Positions 51,000-55,717 of a DNA stretch of 55,717 nucleotides are shown piece by piece (position 1 is the first letter of the stretch; each line of letters opens with the position of its first letter). The stretch covers positions 1-55,717 of the forward strand of contig JAQBYT010000025.1 in NCBI GenBank assembly GCA_027622665.1, given 5' to 3'. This DNA comes from Verrucomicrobiota bacterium. Lineage in GTDB: Bacteria; Verrucomicrobiota; Verrucomicrobiia; Opitutales; Seribacteraceae. The translations under genes and the position numbers were made by a program. The notes under the pieces were generated by a model, which searched no databases, was not told the DNA's origin, and saw only the letters and a list, made by a program, of their open reading frames with translations.

Positions 51000-53900
51000 T
51001 TGCGCTCCGTTCCCTCGGCCACGTCAAACCAAGAAGAATCCGCGTAGCGATAGATAAACACCCTACCCGCGGTGTCGCCAAGCAAGAAACCCCAGCCTTT
51101 TTCGGCATTTAGGAAGATGTACGGGTATACACCCTCGGCCGTCCAAAGCCAACCTAGATTTTCCTGCCAGAGCCAAACCCCGCCCGCCCCGTCGTCCACC
51201 GCGAAGAGCCAGCCAATCGTCTCGTGCCGCATCCATCCGTTCTTGCCGAGAAAGAAGCTCCCGAACCACTGGCTCGTCCACCAATCGGCGGCTTGTCCCG
51301 ATGCCTGAGCGCTCGCCCAGGCCGGTCCCGTCGGCTCCTTGATCGCCGTAAACCGTTCCTGCGAACCGAAGCTTTCCCCCTCCGCGTTCTTGGCGAAGGC
51401 GCGATAATAATACTTCTTTCCTGCAACCAAGTTGTTCGGAGTCGCCTCGAACTGTCCCAAGCCCAACCCGGCCTCGAGTACCGTCACCCCGAAGCCGCCC
51501 GGCTCGGGGTCTGGATGCCGGCCAAGAACTATGCCTCGTTCCGTCGAAACGTGACTGCTGCCGTCGTCCAGCACCTCGCCGCCCAGCAGGAAGGTTCCTT
51601 CGGTGGCTCCCGCTTTCGGCTCGATCGTTTCCACGATGGGAACGAAGGCGTCGATCACGTTCACCGCAAAAGCCTTCTCGAGCGATGTTGCGTTAGCCTC
51701 CGCCCGTACCCTCACCGAATGACTGTCCTTCGTTTCGAAATCGAGTGCTTGAACCGTCCTCAGGGTGCCGTTCGCCTCCAGGGTGAAGAGAGCGTTGTCG
51801 TCACCGCCCGCTCCCGAAACGAGGCTGAAGGAAACCGGCGAGGTTTCGCCTTGCCCAGAGAATACGGCCGACACCACGCCCGCAAAGGCTCCCGCGGGAA
51901 GGTTCTCCGCCACGCTTCCTCCCGTCAGAAAAAGATCAGCCAAAGACGGATTTGTCTCTTCGGGTGGAATTGAATCGTCTTTCGGTCTCTCGACGGTAAA
52001 GGCATGAGACATCTCCACGGCTTCAGAGAAATGAGAGTCACCTGTCTGCTTCGCGGTAATTGTTGCAGTACCCTCCTTCAAGGCTACTAATTCACCATTA
52101 TCAACCTTGATGACCGAGGGATCCGAGCTAACGAAAGTCAAAGGCAATCCCGAAGTGGCGTAAGCAATATTATTTGCTGTAGAACCAAGGACAATAGCGT
52201 CCTCTTCCTCGAACACTATGGATTGCAATCCACCGAAACTTGGGGGTTGATTCCGGAAGGCATGAGTGGATGGAAGGCTGCCTGCAAAACCCCACTTGTG
52301 ACCGAGATAACCTTCCAACCTACGAATGTTCCAATCGTCCAATGCGACGTCAAAGACGAGCACTTCGAGGATTGCTCCGTCGAAAAAGTTGTTCAGAGCG
52401 CCAGTTGCTCCCCGACCGGAACCTAGCAAAACCTCACGGTTTCCCGTGGAAGGAATATTCAAGGTGTTCGATTCATTTGTTGCGGTGCCGACAAGGGGTG
52501 TTCCGTTTCTGAAGAAATCTCCATCGGCATAAGTACTCGGGGTACTTCGACGATACACCCCTATGGTTTTTGCGTTCATGAAATTGCCATCGAAGGCCAG
52601 TTTCCCGTTGTTGTAGTTGAATGAGCTATCTTGAGTCAGCCCCAACACTTGTCCCGCAGTTCCGCTGGTTGCTCCGAAATGAACTAGGTTGCTGGAGGAA
52701 TCATTCGCCGACATAGCGGCAACCAGTACCGTAATTGAAGGACTTCCTTTTAGTGCAGCTTCCAAGTTCCCCTGCAAATGAGTGGCCTCGTTCGAAGTCA
52801 ATGTCGGACCAAACGCGACGAAGGGCTTCATAATCGAATTTCCTAGGCTTGCTAAGTAATCCGGCATCTTGGAAGGGTCGCTTTGAGACAAATGATTTCC
52901 ATTGCCCGAACGGTCACTCCATACATCCACTTTGGCGACGCCATTTATTTGCGTGAAGTCCGAGACACTCTCTGCTTGGCCATCTGCATTTACGTCGGTT
53001 CCGTCCCACCACGAAGACAACCCGGCCACCGAATCTTCGTACAGGTTGAATTCATTCACATTTATTGTAAAAGTCTTGCCGACTGCCGCATCGTATCCAC
53101 CTCCACCCAATTGTGAAGCCGTAATGGTAGCGACACCACCGTCCAGTAAACGCACCATACGACCTCCCGCAACAATCACGGCCACACTTTCGTCGGAACT
53201 TGAATAAGTGATAGGCAGGCCGGTGGCTAGGTTGGTGTCGCCGTTAAGCGATTTGGCTCCGGGATCGAAATCAAAATCTCTAGCGCTCATAAACAAAGAC
53301 GGAAGCTCGTCTCCACCAATGCCGTTTACGATTTTTTGGGGAAGATCATCGAGGACGTCCGACACCGTCACCCCGCGGGTGACCGATGCCACATTGCCCG
53401 CCAAGTCCGATACGGAATAAGTCAACGAGTAAGATCCCTTCGTTCCCGCCTGCACCGTTCCCGATACCGTCACCGAGGTCGTAAGGTCGCCGTCCACCGC
53501 GTCCGTGGCGGTGTATCCCGGTTCCGTCCAAGTGGTATTGACCTCGTGAGTGCCGTTGGCATTGCCAACCAAGGTGATGACTGGGGCCTCTTCGTCGAGG
53601 TCGAGCACTTTTATGGTCAGGGTGGCGGCCGCGGTTCGGTTGTAGTCGTCCTTCACCTGTACTCGCGCCCGACGCTCGGACGCCGCTTCGTAGTCCAGCT
53701 CCGCCGTGGTGGTCAGGCTGCCGTTGGCGTCGATGGCGAATAGAGAATTGTCGAGGGTCGATCCGTTCGCCTCCGCCACGAGGGCGTAGGCGTAGGTGCG
53801 GTTGCCGTCGGGGTCGGTGAAGGTAAGCTTGCCCGCGAAGGTTCCCGCGGGTTGGTTCTCGCTCACCTCGCCGGGCGCAAAAGAAAAATTCGTCGGCAGC

Positions 53901-54604
53901 CATGCGGGCAGCGACTGGTCGTCCAGCGGGTCGGAGCCCGCCGCCTGTTCCTTGGCGTCGGAAAAACCGTCCCCGTCCGTGTCCGCGTTCAGGTCGCTCG
54001 TCCCGAGGCTCTCCTCCTCGCCCTCGTTGAGGCCGTCGGCGTCGGCGTCCTCCAAGTCGTCGTCCAGGATGGCGATTGAAAACGCCTTCTCCACGTACCC
54101 GCCGTTCGGGTCCGTCGCCCTCACCGTCACATGGCGGGTGGCGTTGGCCTCGTGGTCGAGGATCGCCCCCGTGGTCAAGTTGCTCCCGCCGACCGCGAAT
54201 CGTCCGCCCGCATCGTCCGTCAGGGAGAAGGTCGGGTTGTCCATATGGGTCACCGACAAGGCCCCCACCACGGTTCCGATCGACAAGTTTTCCGCCACCG
54301 AGGCGTTCGCCAAGGTCAGCTCCGAAGCAGGCCCCGAGAACAGCACCGCGGGAGCCTCTGAGGTGGATTCCACAGTCCCGCTCGCATTGGACGACCTCCG
54401 TCCCACCCAGTGCAAAGTTCCGAAGTTCCCCACCGTGCCCAGCTCGTTGACCGAGCTTCCCGCCGACGGCAGAATGTACTCCACCTCTATCCGCACGCCC
54501 GTCCCGTTCGCCTCCCGCAGGGCAGCCTCCGCAGGCGGGCATGCCGCCCATGCCGCGAGGATTGTCGCGGTGGCGGTGAACAGGCTATGTCGGGAAAGGT
54601 TCAT
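50996..54604 (-). CDS. Modular surface protein: cadherin, TSP3-like Ca-binding repeat, DUF5011, Ig-like, LamG-like, FN3-like and Trp-rich C-terminal domain
   Basis: Signal peptide ending AEA; DADADGL/DTDGDGFSD; WSDRSGNGNH...FDGAILEVLVF...EGYLGHKWG; same C-terminal module as 42319..48480. Confidence 0.88.
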   Translation of the reverse strand: MNLSRHSLFTATATILAAWAACPPAEAALREANGTGVRIEVEYILPSAGSSVNELGTVGNFGTLHWVGRRSSNASGTVESTSEAPAVLFSGPASELTLANASVAENLSIGTVVGALSVTHMDNPTFSLTDDAGGRFAVGGSNLTTGAILDHEANATRHVTVRATDPNGGYVEKAFSIAILDDDLEDADADGLNEGEEESLGTSDLNADTDGDGFSDAKEQAAGSDPLDDQSLPAWLPTNFSFAPGEVSENQPAGTFAGKLTFTDPDGNRTYAYALVAEANGSTLDNSLFAIDANGSLTTTAELDYEAASERRARVQVKDDYNRTAAATLTIKVLDLDEEAPVITLVGNANGTHEVNTTWTEPGYTATDAVDGDLTTSVTVSGTVQAGTKGSYSLTYSVSDLAGNVASVTRGVTVSDVLDDLPQKIVNGIGGDELPSLFMSARDFDFDPGAKSLNGDTNLATGLPITYSSSDESVAVIVAGGRMVRLLDGGVATITASQLGGGGYDAAVGKTFTINVNEFNLYEDSVAGLSSWWDGTDVNADGQAESVSDFTQINGVAKVDVWSDRSGNGNHLSQSDPSKMPDYLASLGNSIMKPFVAFGPTLTSNEATHLQGNLEAALKGSPSITVLVAAMSANDSSSNLVHFGATSGTAGQVLGLTQDSSFNYNNGKLAFDGNFMNAKTIGVYRRSTPSTYADGDFFRNGTPLVGTATNESNTLNIPSTGNREVLLGSGRGATGALNNFFDGAILEVLVFDVALDDWNIRRLEGYLGHKWGFAGSLPSTHAFRNQPPSFGGLQSIVFEEEDAIVLGSTANNIAYATSGLPLTFVSSDPSVIKVDNGELVALKEGTATITAKQTGDSHFSEAVEMSHAFTVERPKDDSIPPEETNPSLADLFLTGGSVAENLPAGAFAGVVSAVFSGQGETSPVSFSLVSGAGGDDNALFTLEANGTLRTVQALDFETKDSHSVRVRAEANATSLEKAFAVNVIDAFVPIVETIEPKAGATEGTFLLGGEVLDDGSSHVSTERGIVLGRHPDPEPGGFGVTVLEAGLGLGQFEATPNNLVAGKKYYYRAFAKNAEGESFGSQERFTAIKEPTGPAWASAQASGQAADWWTSQWFGSFFLGKNGWMRHETIGWLFAVDDGAGGVWLWQENLGWLWTAEGVYPYIFLNAEKGWGFLLGDTAGRVFIYRYADSSWFDVAEGTERK

Positions 54605-54629
54605 TCAGTGGTTACTTTTCAAGTGTTCC

Positions 54630-55715
54630 TCAGTTGCTTCGCTGCACGAGGCGGAAGCCGCGGTGAGGGCTTACGTTGCTCGGGGTCACGTGGCGCCTGT
54701 ATCGCACCTCCTGCACGGCCTCGCTGAAGTGCTCGCCGCGGAATCCCCGATGGGTGATGTTCGACGGAGAGCCCGACCATGGGCCTCCCGACCACACGCT
54801 CTTGGGATCGTTCGACGTCCAGTACACGGCGCTGATCGCGGTGGTTGGGTTGTTGGTCAACGGGGCGGGCTTCATGTAGATGCGGAGCTTCTTGGGTTTT
54901 CCGATTGGGGCGACCTTGGGGAGAAACTTCTCGAAGTCCGCTTCCGCGTAGGTCTTGGTCTCGTTGCCGTCGAGGAGGGCGAACCAGATCTCGTCGCCCG
55001 CCTCGCGGGTGGCGTCGATCTTCACCTTGAAGTGGGTGGAGTTCTCCTCGTACTGGGGCAGGCTGAAGGTGACGTACGACACGGGGTCGGCCATGTGGTG
55101 GTAGGGGCGACGCAGGATGGATGTGCGGCGCTCGTGGACGTAGGCGGTGGGATTGGTCGTGTCGATATAGGCCTGCACCTCGATTCGCTTCACGGGCTTT
55201 TCCTTCTGCGGGTTGTCGTACCACATGGGGACGTAGGTTTCGGAAGTCGTGGTGTTGGTGGAGGCGTCGTTGGTCGTGTTGTCGTCGTAGACGTACCGTA
55301 TGCGGCAATAGGCGGTGCCCGTATTGGCTCGCCTTATTTCGTTCATCACGCCTTCCAGTTTCTCGGGGGCGGGCAGGGTGATCACCTTGACCGTCTCGTA
55401 GGCGGTGCGGGCGCGCAGGGTCGCCTCAACGTTGTAGGTGTCGGCAGTCGTGACCGGCGTGAGGTCCAAGGGGCGGAAACGGGTGTTTCGCTCGTAGGCT
55501 TCAAGATAGTAGTCGCTATTATATCCTTTCAGCCAGACCGCCACCTTGGTCACGGTTTTCTCGGGCGATGGGTTGGCGTAGTTGGAAACCGTGTCGAAGG
55601 TCGAGCCGGTATCCGTCGCTTCCGTGCTGTTGGCATCCGATCCGTCGGAATAGGTGTACTCGATCTTGCAGTAGGTGGCGTATCCGTTGGTCTCGTTGCG
55701 AAGCTCGTTGAACAC
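54630..55715 (-). CDS. 5'-truncated protein with an internal ~125-aa repeat and an FGE/SUMF1-like C-terminal end
   Basis: The frame is open to the window edge. It has two homologous units (NELR...YCKIEYTYSD...NPSPEKTVTKVAV / NEIR...YCRIRYVYDD...NPQKEKPVKRIEV) and ends R...P......GFRLV as FGE-sulfatase domains do. Confidence 0.65.
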   Translation of the reverse strand: MFNELRNETNGYATYCKIEYTYSDGSDANSTEATDTGSTFDTVSNYANPSPEKTVTKVAVWLKGYNSDYYLEAYERNTRFRPLDLTPVTTADTYNVEATLRARTAYETVKVITLPAPEKLEGVMNEIRRANTGTAYCRIRYVYDDNTTNDASTNTTTSETYVPMWYDNPQKEKPVKRIEVQAYIDTTNPTAYVHERRTSILRRPYHHMADPVSYVTFSLPQYEENSTHFKVKIDATREAGDEIWFALLDGNETKTYAEADFEKFLPKVAPIGKPKKLRIYMKPAPLTNNPTTAISAVYWTSNDPKSVWSGGPWSGSPSNITHRGFRGEHFSEAVQEVRYRRHVTPSNVSPHRGFRLVQRSN

Positions 55716-55717
55716 GC

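Noticed and set aside
54630..54800. Diversity-generating retroelement target (FGE-like C-terminus)
   Set aside because: No template repeat or reverse transcriptase is visible in the window, though this cannot be excluded beyond the edge.
53346..55308. Arg/Gly-rich alternative-frame ORFs 53346..54551 and 54619..55308
   Set aside because: They are off-frame readings of high-GC coding DNA; the main frames give coherent domains.

Overview
A gene-dense bacterial chromosomal segment, most likely from Verrucomicrobiota (Opitutales-like, probably marine). This is inferred from a TIGR04138/Minf_1886-like gene and the style of the surface proteins. From left to right it carries: a REP/MITE-like palindromic repeat cluster; a DUF3108 gene interrupted by an in-frame TAA; glgP; a lipoprotein galM; mutL with a degenerate endonuclease motif; yyaL-like, cvpA-like and IsdG-like genes; tal and fbaA; small regulators; a Sel1-repeat protein; a 1909-aa exported coiled-coil protein; tRNA-Leu(TAG); a complex I cluster nuoB-N lacking nuoA; tRNA-Ser(GGA); and a SOS1/SLC9C-like Na+/H+ antiporter with a cNMP-binding domain. 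The last ~16 kb is a same-strand surface-protein locus with two FecR-like proteins, an outer-membrane beta-barrel, two large modular proteins sharing an unnamed Trp-rich C-terminal module, and a truncated FGE-like protein. The most striking signal is that the large surface proteins are saturated with the Campylobacter PglB-type sequon D/E-X-N-X-S/T (about 52 of about 61 N-X-S/T sites in the 2067-aa ORF by manual count). Across the RCC1 blades the Asn co-varies with an acidic residue at -2. This points to a PglB-like N-glycosylation and surface-display system that I do not know to have been described in this phylum. No oligosaccharyltransferase gene is in the window. All family calls are motif recognition by eye, not database searches.
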